The notes under the pieces were generated by a model. The model ran no database searches, was not told the origin of the DNA, and was given only the letters and a program-made list of their open reading frames with translations. The position numbers and the translations under genes were made by a program. Positions 12,723-26,698 of a DNA stretch of 64,000 nt are shown one piece after another; the stretch's first letter is position 1; every line of letters begins with the position of its first letter. Source of the stretch: Dimorphilus gyrociliatus (Eukaryota > Animalia > Annelida); the NCBI GenBank assembly GCA_904063045.1, contig CAJFCJ010000031.1, forward strand, positions 310,001-374,000, in the 5' to 3' direction.

Positions 12723-14484
12723 TCACTGCTGTTTGCACGTTTGTCCGTCTTTATTCTGAAATAATCACGCGCGTTCAAAAAAAATTTTTTATAAATGCAC
12801 TGAATAATCAAGTGTATTTTTTTAGAATGAAACATATTACGCTACAAAATTACACACAGGAAGCGTTAAGCAGCACGAGAATATCGAATGGTGATAAAGT
12901 ATATATTTATATTAAATATATAAGCTTTAAAGAACATGCACAATACTACGAAATCTTTTCCTGAACACAAACAAGTCGAAATTTTTGGCTTTCTATAACT
13001 ATACCTTCATTTCATAATCTGAATCGTTTTCTTCGTCATAGTCTTCTTCCTTTTCTTCATCTTCGTAATCCTCCTAATAAAAACGAAAGTATTTTATTTG
13101 GTGAAGGTATACAAACGTATTAAAAAGATTATCAAGGTCTTACATCATCTCCATCTTCTTCAAGCGCTTCGCCAGTGAAATAAAGAACAGCTCTCGGTAT
13201 TAGTCTTTCACGAATGAAGTGTCCGACTTCGTAATCAGAAGCCAATAGCATATCAGTTTCCTCTTCATTTGCTTCATCTTCTCCTTCAGTATGTTTAGGG
13301 GGATCGAAAAAATTGAAGAAAGAATCTCTTTTCACTGTTTTCGTGACAGTCCTACGGGACCCATGAGATTTATGCTTTTGTGTTTTCCTAACCACTTTTA
13401 CGGTAGCATTTTTATCTTTCTTCCAATCGATTTCGCATCTGAAATACATAAATAATGTAATACATGAATAATTTTATAAAAATAACAAACTATATTGCAC
13501 ATAAAATTTGATATAATTGTTATATTATGGATTTTTCATCATATCACAATGTTGTTATAACTACTTCAAAATAGTCTAGTAAAGTAGCTATAACAACAAA
13601 GACAAAATATAAATTGTTTAACGAACCCTTTACAGGCTACGATCTCCGCTCCTTCATATACTAAAGAGTCTTTGTCGTCTGGTTTGATGCAGAGGGTATA
13701 GTCTTTGGTCAAAACTTTATTAGTAAAATATTCATTTTCAGCAAAGACAAACTCCAAAGTGAATCCAGGATTGGATAAATCTCTCATAACCACTCGAATA
13801 TCTGTTAGACTTTCTAGAATTGGTTCGTCGTGCTCTTGTAGCATTTCATTCAGCAATGGTACATTTTTGAAAATGGTTAACCAAAAAGTGGGAACCCCAG
13901 TAATGTTCTTCTCTTCTTCTTCTTTGTTTTCTTTTTCTTTATCTTTCGATTCTTCTTCCTCCTCCTCCTCTTCTTCTTCCTCTTGATCAGTTGGCCAATC
14001 GCAGTCAGAATCAGTCGGTTCCACATTTCCGTTTAGAATATTAAATCGCTGTGAAATAAATATATATTTGTAGTGCTTATTTTCTTTGAATGAATAACAA
14101 TTTCAAACATACTTGTTCTCGAAGGGGTTCCAAATTTTTAGCTAACCTACATTCCAGCTCGTGCAACTCTTCGTGGAATGTACCTTCAATCATGTGCATT
14201 TTATGCTGCAGCTTTTTTAGGGCTCTAATACGTCTCTTTACAGCCTTGGGCAAATTTTCTATATAGCCGGATGATAGGCCAACCATGTTGTCCATGTTCT
14301 TCTGCACGGCCGCCAGAAATCCGGGATCTTTAAGTAGCTGTGCACTGAAGTCTTTAACAGTTTCCTCTGAAAAAAAATCGAAAGTTTTTAGATGCTCGAG
14401 AATGGTACATTATAAAGATCAATACTAACGTTGAGCTTGTTCAGTATCTCCAGTAGTTTCTATTGAAGTTTCTTCCTCCGCCAT
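12723..14484 (-). CDS. NAP1L1: Nucleosome assembly protein 1-like, 6 exons
   Basis: Motifs YIENLPKAVKRRIRALKKLQ, GVPTFWLTIFKN, FTLEFVFAENEYFTNKVLTK, GCEIDWKKDKN, DSFFNFFDPP and DYEVGHFIRERLIPRAVLYFTGEA, with an acidic tail. The last exon 12723-12755 encodes NKDGQTCKQQ* (CAAX-type CKQQ end, as in NAP1L1). Confidence 0.93.
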
Positions 14485-15024
14485 AATACCTATTTAATAT
14501 TAAACTTATATTAATCGTTTATATTTTGGATATTAATAAATTAGGGGGATAGTTAAGTCACGCTCAGCAAACTGCCACCACGTGAAGCGGCTAAGTGAAG
14601 ATATTAGTCACGTTAGGCTTAAAAACGCCTTAAATATATATAATGCGCTCGATGATGTTGATAGAATGTATTATTCACTCACTGTCTAGACGTATGCTAT
14701 AAAAATTTAAATCAGAAACACGATAAAAATGCTTTATTACGTTTTTCCTCTCCGAAGAAGTGTATGAAGGCAGCGTTAAGTGTTAAAGGACCGGTGATTG
14801 GCTACTTTTCCAAAACATCCAATCAGCATTGACTTCCTAAAATGGCGCTAATCGTTTACGATTCACAAAGAATATCTTAAATATATAAACTACCAGTTAA
14901 TGCTGGCCTGCAACCGTAAAACACACAGGGGAAATGGGCGATATAAGCCTAAAAATGCAACTTTTATAAAATCAACTTTTTAACAATTTTGAAAGTATAT
15001 CGTAGTAGTTTGCTCTGTGAAAGG
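14485..15024. promoter_or_regulatory. Bidirectional promoter region (NAP1L1 <- / -> DEPDC5)
   Basis: Start codons are head-to-head, 540 bp apart. It contains an E-box CACGTG (~14579) and a YY1-like AAAATGGCG (~14840). Confidence 0.55.
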
Positions 15025-15904
15025 ATGGCGTCTGAAAAGATTGCAATGAAAAACAAATTGAAATCTGTCAAAATAAGCTCCCACACAAGCAAAAGTGCTA
15101 ATCAAAGTATAGTACTAATTTTCGAAGTGAGTATGTGTAAGACTAATATATGACCTATAATCCATATAGATTCCGATATACTAGTGTCAAAAGATACATG
15201 TGCATTTGATGAGTCGGATCTCATTAAACTTATTGTGACAAAATTCCAAATTCCCAACGGAAAAGAAATACTTTTGTATGTACTTTAAGTAATTTTTAAG
15301 AAGTGTTACTAATTAATTAAAAATGTAACCATTTCAGAAGTCTTGTCATGCAGCCAGCTATATCTGAACCATCCAGCAGAGCAAACACAAGCTCAGGTAA
15401 ATTTATAATTACTATAATTTAGTTTTGTTATAGCTTTTAATAAATAGCTATTCTACTATATTTTCCAAAATTGTAACTTTTAAAAAAAATTACTATAAAT
15501 AAAAACAGAAACAGTGAGTGTCTCTAGTGAATTGGCAAATGAATTCCATTTAAAAAGATATCATGACGCCTTAATACAAGTTGTCAATTCTAAGGTAACG
15601 AATCTTTTTTTTATTTATTAACATTTGTATAAAAAAAATCCAGGAAAAAAATAATAACTCAGAGCAAACTTAAAACCTCCTGAGTACTAATATACCGTTA
15701 TAATGCTAAATTTGTTTTTTTACTATTATAATTGGCCTATGCATATTTTAAAAATTTTTGTTCTTTTACATCTTTTATTATTATTATTATTATTACATTT
15801 TAGGTGTATACCGTGGATTTTGTGGAAGTTACATTCAAAGATCAATATTTTAGTAGAACGGATATGATGAGATTAAAAGAACGCTTGGTAAATGAAAAAG
15901 GATA

Positions 15905-15935
<31 letters not shown>

Positions 15936-18900
15936 GGCTGTTAAAAAAAATAGTAATAATCTAATTTTTTTACTGTTTAGACAAATACATGCGTTTATTT
16001 GAATAAAAAAATAGAATTTTCCGGCTTAAGGTTTGTAAAAAAAAAAAAACAAACAAAAAAATAGTAATACTAATATATTTTTAATAGAGTTCAAGTAGCG
16101 GAGATTTGGAGAGGTGGCAAGAGAGTTAGTAGTGGATATGTTTCGGAAACTAGTCGTGTAGCATTTAGATCTTATACAGCCCAAGTGAATATCTTTATAC
16201 AAATGTCGTCGGAAATGTGGAATTCCGATACGAATGGTTATTTATATTATGAAAGAGCGTTAGACGGATTTTTAACTGATTTATTTGATACATGGCAAGA
16301 TAAGCATTGCAATCATGACGTTACAATCACTCTATTCTCAAGAGTTTATTATACGAATATTTGCTCCAGAAGTGAGTAATTAACGCTTTTCTTTAATTAC
16401 ATGTATATTTTTTTCTATTTTACATTCGCTATAACACACCTCCATCCTCCTCCGTTACCCATGCCTCTTTTCACATTCCTCTATTTGTTTTGATTTTAGA
16501 CAAGAAATTAAATAATGTATTATTTATGATAAATAGCTCAACTACCACCTGCAATGCAAGAATGTATTCAACAAAATAGCGATGGAGAGTTTTTTGAAGA
16601 TTTCTATAGGTATAATAACGTTTTAAAATACGATACCTTTTAGCTTTTTCCGCAAAATAATTTCCTTATTGATTCTTTTCTATCTATTTGATAGAGTTGT
16701 TGTACAAAATGAACGATACGACGATTGGACTCCAGTTATTAATACTTTAAGAAGGATTATGAAAAATTATCGTACTAGTATATATAAATACTACGAGAAT
16801 TCGATAAAAAGTACTTTATTGCAAAAGCCTGTTATAGTAATATCAAATTCAATAAAAGGGAACGTTTTAGAAGTTCTTAATATGAGCTTGAACGGTATGA
16901 TTTACGGATAAACCGTTTTAGAATACGTTTTAGAATATTTTTTTTAACAATATTTTTCATTTATCCTCAATAGTTTTTGAGAAATATTATCTTGATCGAT
17001 GTTTAGATCGAACTGGTAAAGTTTCGATTGTTGTTTCACCCGGTGCTGGCCTCTTTGATGTTTGTAGTGATATGGTACGTGTTACCAGACAGAGGACTTT
17101 GGATTGCGGTAATTGCTCGGATTTAGTTTGTTTGGGTCAACAACCCCTACATGCTGTACCGCTGCTAAGGGTCAGGAATTTTTCAACAAGACAAAGTGAC
17201 TACGATTACGTTGTACCAAATTGGATAAATCATAGTTTTTATTCAACAGTTGTCGGAACTGGTTTGTTTTCATAATTTTTAAAAGAACAGCTTTTTTTTT
17301 TAATTATAATTTTGCTAATTTAAAAACATCTGCAGGTAGAAATAAACAATTCCGTCCGAGAATTTCCATTCCAATGCTAGTTAATAGGAAAGATGGACTT
17401 CATGTGCCAACCGAGAATTCTTTGAACAAAGCTGAAAATCAATCGAGTGCTACTCGCTATAAAATTCCAAGTAAATTTTAAAGGATTTTTTCTTTGAAGT
17501 AATAGAATATAATCCCCATTCTCAGTTCTCTTACCATTTTCTTCCGTCGTTTTCCTCTTTCTATCCTTAGTGATTTTCACTTTCTTTGAAAATATCTTTA
17601 TGTTTAAGCTCTCTGTTTTGTTAATTTAAAAAATAAATTAGCAAAGAAAAACCTAATCGTTTTAATATTAATCAAATTTAATAAAACAGCTCCGAGGAAA
17701 ACAAGAAATAGAATATGTAATGGAAAGGGGAAATTTACTAAAGAAGGGTATGAGGATATTGGAGATGAATATTTCGAAGAACACGATAGGAAAATTTTTC
17801 GAAGGCTTAATACAAACAACTCTGAGTCGAATTTAGTGAAGATAAGCAATGGTATTCCTAAGAAGACGCTACCTACTTCAAGGAGTCCAACGAAAAGGTC
17901 CAGTCGCCAACGTCATAATTCTTTTCCTGAACAGACCCGTAAACAGGGATTGGTTAAGCGATCAGTATCATTCGATTCGCCAACTAAGCGAAATGACGAT
18001 ATAAGCAAGAAAAATGAGGATGTTGAATCTGTAACTAAAAGTATTAATCCTTTTATACCGTCTCCCATTCACGTAAAAGTCGCCATGACGCCGAGTAGAC
18101 GGCGATGGACTCACGCTTTCCCAATTAACCGTCATGGTAATAGCATTCAGTTACATCACAAGCCGATTGACTTGAATTGTCAAAGGAATTACTCTGAGGA
18201 CGATTTAGCAAATAAAGGCTTAGAATTAACGGATAATTATGTATGGGGCGTGACGGGAGAACAAAGTTGGTCAGCTGAAATATCTACCGGTGTTGATTGG
18301 AAAGCGCTTTGCTTACCTGCGTGTTTTCCTCTAACTACCGATTTTTTACCATCGGATAGGGTTTTAAACAGTTGCTCATTTTCCCAAAACGACTACCTTT
18401 ACGATCCCAGGGACTTTCTTTTTTCTCTCGAAGCCTATAATGCAGAACAGTTGTTAAAAGAATTTATGTACCAAAGACTATCTCACGGCTATCAAGCGAT
18501 AACCGTTGACAAGAAAAGCTGTCGCTATTTATCTTTAGGTGAAACTGTTCATAAAATGGCGATAGATAGATCGGAGAACGGGGATAAAGTAAAAATAACC
18601 ACCCATAAACCGAAAGCACGACCAACGAATACAATTTTATCCTATAAGTACCGTTTTCAAGTTCCGGATAGCATAAGCTACGACGTTTCCTGGACAGATT
18701 TTGTGTGTAAAGCTACGGACGATATAAATTGGACGTATCTTGATTCTTATTTAGCCTGTAAGGGAAGATCATTAGATTATACTGTTGACTCGTCAATGAA
18801 ATATTGGAGAATGAGATTTATATTGATACCCCCATATCATTATTCGCTGAGTAGGAAAATTATGGAAAACGATTTAAAACGATGCAATATTTATAACACT

Positions 18901-20397
18901 TTAAAGGATATAGACTGTAATAGAATGTGTACAACATTTACGGATACAATTGAAAGTTTATATCAATTAAAAAGGAAAAATAGTTTTCAAAAAACCGTTA
19001 AAAATTGTCCTAGAAACGTTTTGAAGCAAAGTTTATCGTTGAGTTTAACATCGAGTGAATTTGTATTAAATTACAGTTCAGATTATTCCATTATTGCTGC
19101 CGAAATGAAAGATAGCGCAACTTTTAAAGCTTTCAAATTTAAGAGTTGCGATATTAACTATTTTGTTGTTGCAGACGCGTGTGAGTGGTTAAAAAATAAG
19201 GTTGTCGACGTTAGTACAAACGAACAAGCCATAAAAGTATTACAAGAGATGTATAAGCAAAATCTAATAGATATTGCGTCACCGCATCAAGAAAATATTA
19301 GGGCATTAAAAATGGGCTTTTGCGTGCTATATTTAATCGATGAAAAAAAGAAATTGTTCAATAAGGATTTAAATCACTTTACCAAAATTGATTTTTGCGA
19401 AGAAGAATGGTACTTTCATTCGTTCAGCAAGAATGGATTTGAAAAGGATGCAAGGATCCCATCACACGAACCGAAATATGTCTTTTCGCGGTTGGACTGT
19501 AGTGAAATTGCTCACGGTAATCGTGAAGAGTGGTTGCATTTAAAGCACCATCCAAGCTATTGTCCATATACTGCCTTCGAATTAGAATTTCAGAGCGTAA
19601 ATTGTTCAGGTGCTACTTTATCAGATCTAATCGGTGCTTGGCACCGAAAGTCTTTACCAGCCAGTAAGCAAGAAAGAGAACCGGAAGATTGGTTGGATAC
19701 GGTGCATATTGTGCCGATCCCTTGCGATCCCTTCGCTCTGCCGTACACGGAAAATTCTGATCCACTTCGAGGACCAATATTCGTCCCATTAAATATTCAC
19801 TCTGTTTGCGACAAACAATTACATCCATTCGAAGACTATGAACCATCTACAAGGGAAAATCGTTTGAAACTCTTTCAGGAAAAAATTTTGCTTAGCTTTG
19901 GATTCCTACCAATTGGGATCCATGCCAATCAGAAAAATCAGAATATTCAAGATCAGTATATACACGCTAGTGGCGGCATGCTGGCTCTAATACCAGATAT
20001 GAGAGCTTTACCTGCGTCTAGTCGGCCCGATTCATTACCAACAACGCCCAGACGTCAATCAAGGCGATTTATAAATTCGTCGTCGCATAATCTCTATATT
20101 GAATCGAGAATGAGTGGCGAGGCGCCTGGCGCTGGGTTTTTATGGGCTTGGAACTATATGCTAAACGGGAAATGGAGAAATAAGTCTACGGGTGACGAAG
20201 CCTTTCAAGATAAGATGTTAGCTGATTTTAGATTATTCTGCCAGAACAGCGAAAATCGTTTAGTAGAATTTTGGAACGAATGTAAATGTAGCGTTAAAAA
20301 AATGGGCCCAAGAAGAAGGTCATTTAGCGAACCGGCCAATTCAATAAAACAGAAAACAAGACCAACAGAAGCTCACAGAGACTCTTGCCAATTTTAA
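15025..20397 (+). CDS. DEPDC5: GATOR1 complex subunit DEPDC5 (Iml1), multi-exon
   Basis: N-terminal exons give ETVSVSSELANEF, VDFVEVTFKDQY, VNIFIQMSSEMW and LYYERALDGFLTDLF...NHDVTITLFSR. Further matches are IVVSPGAGLFDV, DLVCLGQQPLHAVPLL, RRRWTHAFP, VDWKALCLPACFPLTTDF and a C-terminal GFLWAWNYMLNGKWRNKSTGDE. The last exon is a ~2.7 kb open frame ending TAA at 20397. Confidence 0.95.
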
Positions 20398-21409
20398 AAT
20401 TTCACAAAATGGGATAGGAATAGTATTTAAAAAAATAATAATTATAATGACAAGAGTTATTAAAAATGAATATTATAATATTATTAATATAGTGGTGAAA
20501 TATGTATATATTAAAAATAGATTGCTATATATCTTATACGTATATACAGTATTATACGTGTGCATGTCCGTATATTGAATTTGCAATCTAATTTCTTAAT
20601 TGGAAAAGGGAAGAAGAAAGGTAGAGAGGAAAGAAAAGAAATTTTGTTTATCATTTATAACAGCTAGATTGATATTTATGTATACTGTATCAAAATAAGA
20701 TAAAGGTAAATTTGTTCTTCCTTTTCCTTTTCCCCTCCGCGTTGCCGTTTAATTTTTCTATATAGTTTTGTTTACTTGTAATAATAATAATAATCATAAT
20801 AATAATAATAGTAAGTATAATTCTGGTAATATGGGAATGTAGTGAATTTACTTGTTCGAATTAATAATAATTCTCTGGAATTTACTCAAATGAAATATAT
20901 CGATATATAGAATATATAAATAAATAAATATGTATATATATTCTATACTGAATAAAATAAATAACATACAAACAGGTTGAATAATGTATTGTGTATTAGA
21001 TATTGTCAACGAAAACAACATTATAAACATTCGCCTGCAGCCAGATGGCGTTGGAGCCGAGAAAAAAGTCATCAGCATAATTAATGCGCGCACGTTTGGA
21101 AAATTAGTTGAAGCAGAAAAGATTAACCTTAAACCTAAAAGTAGTGAAGACTTTAATCGAAAATCGTCTTAAAGCCTTGCATACTTTTAGACGAAAGGCG
21201 AATAGAGGCTATTAGAAAGCGTTGTTTTGTTTACATTTTAAAAGAAATGTTAAAGCATTCAGAACACACAAATTAGACGTATATACGTCAATCAGAAGCG
21301 TTCAGCAAACTAGGCGGATTAAGGTGAATTTTGAATGAAGTTGCGTGCGTTCGCTTCATTCTCAAAGTAATTTCCTTTTTCAATTAAAACGAAAAGCGTT
21401 TTTCTCTCG

Positions 21410-21475
21410 ACGCCAGGATGTACATCTCTGCGTTCAACTGCAAAATAGTCTGAACGTTTAGATGTACACACCGGA
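21410..21475 (-). ncRNA. mir-1998: microRNA precursor, probable miR-1998 (mature 3p arm 21416-21437)
   Basis: Imperfect hairpin: TGTACATCT/AGATGTACA (9 bp) plus CGTTCA/TGAACG (6 bp) around a short loop. The minus-strand 3' arm reads UUGAACGCAGAGAUGUACAUCC, which matches my recollection of annelid miR-1998 (UUGAACGCAGAGAUGUACAUCA) except at the last base. Not checked against a database. Confidence 0.75.
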
Positions 21476-22568
21476 GAAGAGAAGTTATTTCGTTTTCAAT
21501 ATGACGTATTGATACAAATATATACTTTTTCATATATATAATACATTCATAAATATATGTATAAATCTCCATATTTATATGAATATATATATATATATAT
21601 ATATGTATGTATATACCGTATATAAATGTGTAAATATCTACTAAAAGCATCCTAGATATATACGTGTATCTAAATAGGCAACTATAAAAAGCCAAATATA
21701 ATTTTTCAGGTTCAATCTTGTCTTCTCTTCGTCACTTCTATTAGAAAATTCAAAAGCTTCTTTTACAACTTCTGTTCGTGCACGCCTGTTTTGAATAAGG
21801 ATGTTGAATTATTGAAAATTTCTCGTTCATAATTATGCTTCGTCACTCAATAAATAATGAAAAACTTGGAGGAAGAGGTAAAAGAGAAGGTACCGGTAGG
21901 GGGAGAGAAGGAAGGGGGCGGGTATAGAAGCGGGATTAAAAATTTTAAAAAAAGGGGAGGAGACAAAGAGTAAGAGATTAACGATAAAAATGGGGAGATA
22001 TTTTTCCGAAGGCAAGAAACTATGCCAGAAGGTAAGGAGGGGCGCAAGGGGATGATTAAATTTATAAAGGTAGACTGTAAATTATGAATGAACGAGGAAA
22101 AGACACGAAAAGGGCAATAAAAAGAGTAAGGAAACAATTGGAAGAAGAAAAGAAGGAGAAGAAGAAGAAGAAGAAGCGGAAGAAGAGGAAGAAGACGGGG
22201 AATATATACGTAAAGTATATATATATATATATGGGAATATATCGAAAGGAAGAAAATTATAAGGTTAACAACAAAAATATATAATAAAGAAATAGGATTA
22301 TACCAATACAAATAAAATTGACCGACCGCGCAAAATTCAAACGCGTTAATCAGGAGTTTTTTTCTCTGCATTAAAAGCGTTGTGCGCGCCGTCACGCTCT
22401 ACTGCAACGGAAAGTCAGGAGTGAATGATATACGTTTCGCAAAAGGCGAAACGACGCAAAAACGCCTTTTTACATAATCGATAAGTAGCAGGTAACTGGA
22501 ACGTCAATGTTCAGTTTGAACAAGACTTCTGTTTGTCTTGTTTGACAAGAACGATTTTTTCTTCACCG

Positions 22569-22570
<2 letters not shown>

Positions 22571-22606
<36 letters not shown>

Positions 22607-22614
22607 CATATATA

Positions 22615-22648
<34 letters not shown>
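22571..22648. repeat. Two adjacent (TA)n microsatellites
   Basis: Directly visible. Confidence 0.9.
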
Positions 22649-22652
<4 letters not shown>

Positions 22653-24958
22653 CGGTACACCAATACACTGTATATGAAAATATGAAAAAAAAGTTGGAGA
22701 AAGAGTTGACGTAATTGTTGTCTGCTTACTTAATTAGATTATACAATTAAAGAAAAGTTTAAAGAAATACCATAATAAAGTATTATAGGCGTTGAAGAGT
22801 CGTCTTCGGAGGTTGGCAATTGAATGAATAAAAGTTGCAAGCCAAAACTCGCTATATATAAGAAGATTTGCGGTTGAATGCAACTAACTACACGTTAATC
22901 TACGTGTCCTAACTTGAAGAGAGAAGGGAGTATAAGTTAAAGAAAGAATGTTTAAATACTTACGAAAGCATGAACGGTTGTAGTTTAAATATACGCACCT
23001 CCTCCTCGGCCGAAAATCCCCGACTGGCCGTCCAGAAGTAAACGCACGGTTTTAGCGCCATATCACCTTGACAACGCCGGTAAACATTGCCATATTCTCT
23101 CCCCTTCCCCCTCCCCCCTCACCGCTACTTCTTCAAATGCCCTGAACGATTAATATGCAAATGCGTAAACCGGCGACGTGCACGAACTCGTTCGTTGGCT
23201 GTCCGGAGTGCGGCGTTCAAAGCGTCACCCGACAGTATAGCGTCGCTTTTTGGCGCCTATACGTGTTCGGGCCGATCGAAGGCGGCTGGAAAACGAGCAT
23301 TGACAATAATGAATTAGTGATTAGGGCGGTCGCCTAATTGTTCTCTACATTCTTATCAACTAACAATAGATCGTTTGATTCAACTTTATACAGGTCGCAA
23401 TGGAATTCGATATTCTTTGTTACCCCATTTTATTATTATTACTATTATTTCTCCTCTCTTTTCGTATTCTCTATTGTTTATAACAGAATGGCGACCTCCG
23501 CTGACTAGTCTAATAATTCATAACTCTGATCAAACTTTACTATATTCCCTTTTCCCTAAAGCGCCGTCAATCGTTGATCAATAATAGAAATTTCAATTCT
23601 TTTACTTAAAGCTTCTACCTTCTACTCTTTCTGTCAATCGATATGCGTTCAATTGATCGGAACGCGAACTGCATTCAAACTGCCTCGCTACGCCAATCAA
23701 TTTTCGTTCAAGCACCATTCGACTCGATCGAAGACAATGGATTAAATCGCAATTTTCTCGTTCACTCTTTTTTTTCTTTCTTGCTTTATTTATTCTTTCT
23801 GTCTATCTATCTTCAACCTTTATAATACATATTTATGTATCAGTTGCGTTCGCGCAGTTCTTACTACTTGATTATTAATTAGTGGCGCATAAATTATTGC
23901 TTATAATACTACAATATGCGACAACGAAGCTTTTGTTAGTTTATATATAAGATATTTATACAAATATCAATTTTTTAAAAGATATGTATTATTGTAAAAA
24001 TGAAAGAATGAATTACACTCCCCAAATCTTCAAAATTGCACACAAACTTAGGTCTATTCCTTTCAAATCAGCTCAGAATAAGATTTAATCCCTAATCATC
24101 TGCTTGTACTTGTATGTGCGCTATACTCGTTTATAGGTATATAATCCGTTTATAAAACTGTTCAAAACTCTATAAATTACGATATGTGTATGTACATAAG
24201 AAAGAAAAACTGCAATTGAATTGACGTCCTGCAGCGCAACCGCACTCAGTCCGCTAAAACTGCAATCAATTTCACATTTCAAAATGAAATTTCCTCTACT
24301 ATTATACAAAGGCTTCATCAACATAACAATAAATCATTGATTCGACTTCGACTAGCTCTAATGCTACTTATATACTGTTCAAAATTTTTTCTCCTTTTAC
24401 TCATTCTCTTAGCCCCATTTTACCCCTTACTTCTCTTAATTCTATATATTGCGGTCTAGTACAAGCATATTATACGACACAGGCTTATTGTTCAACTTAA
24501 GAAGATTTCTATTGAATTTTTATTGCCTGTTCAAACCGTTTCGTAGTTTCAATCTATAATAAAAGTGACGACCTATGGCGCGTAGGGTGCAAAATCAATG
24601 CAAGTTTTTGCAGTTGCCAAGCGCCTTTTAACAGTTTTTTTTAAACGGACTAAGGTGTATAATTACTAATTAACATAAACCGTCGATTAAACGACCGTCG
24701 TTGACGCGTTATATTGAAGAGATGATATGCCCCCGCAAGGTAACGACAATCATTTAGGCCTACTGAAACAAAAAAAAGCATTCTTTTCAGAATAACTAAT
24801 GAAATTACTAACGCCACCTATAATCTATCTAATAAACTACTAACTTCCGGCAAATTACACTAAGCAAAATTGCTCGCTTGATAAGGTAAACGCATACATT
24901 ATTTCCCTAATGTTGATAATTTTATTCTTGATCTTATAAAATAAGATATCGAAAAGTG

Positions 24959-26221
24959 ATGGACCAAGTTATAGAAACGTTTAAAAAGGCAGACTGCGTG
25001 TGTTTCGATGTAGATTCGACCGTTTGTACAGACGAGGGAGCTGATGAACTTGCGGCTTTTATGGGAGTGGGTGAACAGGTTGCTAACCTGTTAGTATTTT
25101 CTAATTATATATATTAAGAACCTTTCCTTTAAATATAGCTCGCAATTAGTTGATAAAATGTAATAAATACAAATATAAAATCCAGCACAAACCAGGCTAT
25201 GGGTGGCTCAATGACATTTCGAGAATCTTTAGAAAAAAGACTAGATATTATGAAACCTGATAGGAGCACTTTACAGAAATTCGTTACATCTCGACCCCCT
25301 TCATTAACTAGCGGGATTAAGTAAGTAAATAAAATATGCACAGCTATAAATACTTTATGGAACGAACTAAAAGAATATTCTTCATGTTGAATAAGAATTC
25401 TTTTTTTTTCTCCATCTATTTTGTCTATCAATCGTATAATCTTTGATGATATTTTAACTTATTTACGCGTTCTACGACTCATAAATACGCTTTTTCCTCC
25501 AATAAAAAGGGCATTTTAAATTGGCAACGATTCGAGTGGAACAATAGTATGAAAAGATTGTAACAAAAAAAAATTATGAAATATTGACATTAATCCATCA
25601 AATATTAATCAACCAGATAGACAATTTCTGAATATTAACAACAATAAAAAAATCTTAGGAGCTTAGCTTATATATAAAATTCAATCACAAAAGGATAATT
25701 ATTAAAGGGAATTGGTGAAACGATTGCAAGACAAGCAAGTGGTTGTATATCTTGTTTCTGGTGGATTCAAGACCATAATTGAGCCTGTAGCCGATTCTTT
25801 GTTAATACCAAGAGAGAATATTATAGCGAATGAATTTATTTTCAATGATGACGGTAAGAGTTTTGTTTTAATTGATATCCTACTTTATGTTATAGCAGCT
25901 ATTTAACTTGTAGGAAGCTATAAGGACTTTGATAGAAATGCACCAACAAGCGCTTCCGGTGGAAAATGTCGAGTTATTGAACAGTTAAAGGCATCCTATT
26001 CAACTATTGTACATATTGGCGATGGTGTAACAGATATGGAAGCCTCTCCACCTGCTGTATGTATAGCAAACAGCATTCTAAGATATTTACATTAACAAAT
26101 TTTTTATTCTTAAAAATAGGACGCGTTCATTGGCTTTGGAGGTAATAAAGTACGTGAAGCTGTTAAAAAAGAATCCAAGTGGTTCGTCATGTCATTCGAT
26201 GAACTCTTGAAAGTTTTATGA
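24959..26221 (+). CDS. PSPH: Phosphoserine phosphatase (HAD family), 5 coding exons
   Basis: Motifs CVCFDVDSTV (catalytic DxDxT), QAMGGSMTFRESL..RL, VYLVSGGF, HIGDGVTDMEA.PPADAFIGFGGN. All introns are GT-AG; stop TGA at 26219-26221. Confidence 0.95.
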
Positions 26222-26698
26222 CCAAATAGAGATAATAACTAGATTAAAGAGTTACTTTTACAAAATAAAAAGCATGGTAAAGTCATAGAAAACATTAATA
26301 GAAATTCGCAATAAAAAGTAATACATTAAAAATTAATAACAGATATCTTTTTTAATTGTTTGATTAATACGTTATCGATTAATTTTTACGGTAAACTTTT
26401 TTCTTCTTTATCGTCTGCAAAATGAGTATTGTAAATTATTGATATAGAAAAGGTATAGCAGCGCCACACGGTGTTTTCTTGGTGCTTAGATACGCGACAA
26501 CTGTCAGAAACAACTTATTTTTTTGAAGTACCATGTTGACATAATTGTTAACGGTAGTAGTTATATCTCGAAAAAAGGAACTTTTTAACTATTAATGAAC
26601 AATTAGGTTAGTTTTTTCATAATAGATTGATTAAATTACATTTCTTATTTTAAAAAAAGTATATTTTACAGGGAATTTGACTCTAATTATAACAGAAA

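Noticed and set aside
12946-12960. Alternative NAP1L1 last exon (EKIS*) lacking the CAAX motif
   Set aside because: It would need a 44-nt intron, shorter than any constitutive intron found here, and the downstream CKQQ exon matches the family.
938-20397. Cluster of GTPase-activating proteins (two TBC RabGAPs and DEPDC5)
   Set aside because: SGSM and TBC1D10 are distant TBC subfamilies rather than tandem duplicates, and DEPDC5 is unrelated; probably coincidence.
21384-22395. ORFs of 67-182 aa between DEPDC5 and PSPH
   Set aside because: They translate from (TA)n and purine/pyrimidine tracts (I/Y/L/F/K-rich), with no splice or homology support.
12771-23652. miR-1998 seed matches (GCGTTCAA) at 12771, 23213 and 23645
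   Set aside because: The same 8-mer also appears on the other strand elsewhere (e.g. 29130, ~60090), and none is in a verified 3' UTR, so chance cannot be excluded.
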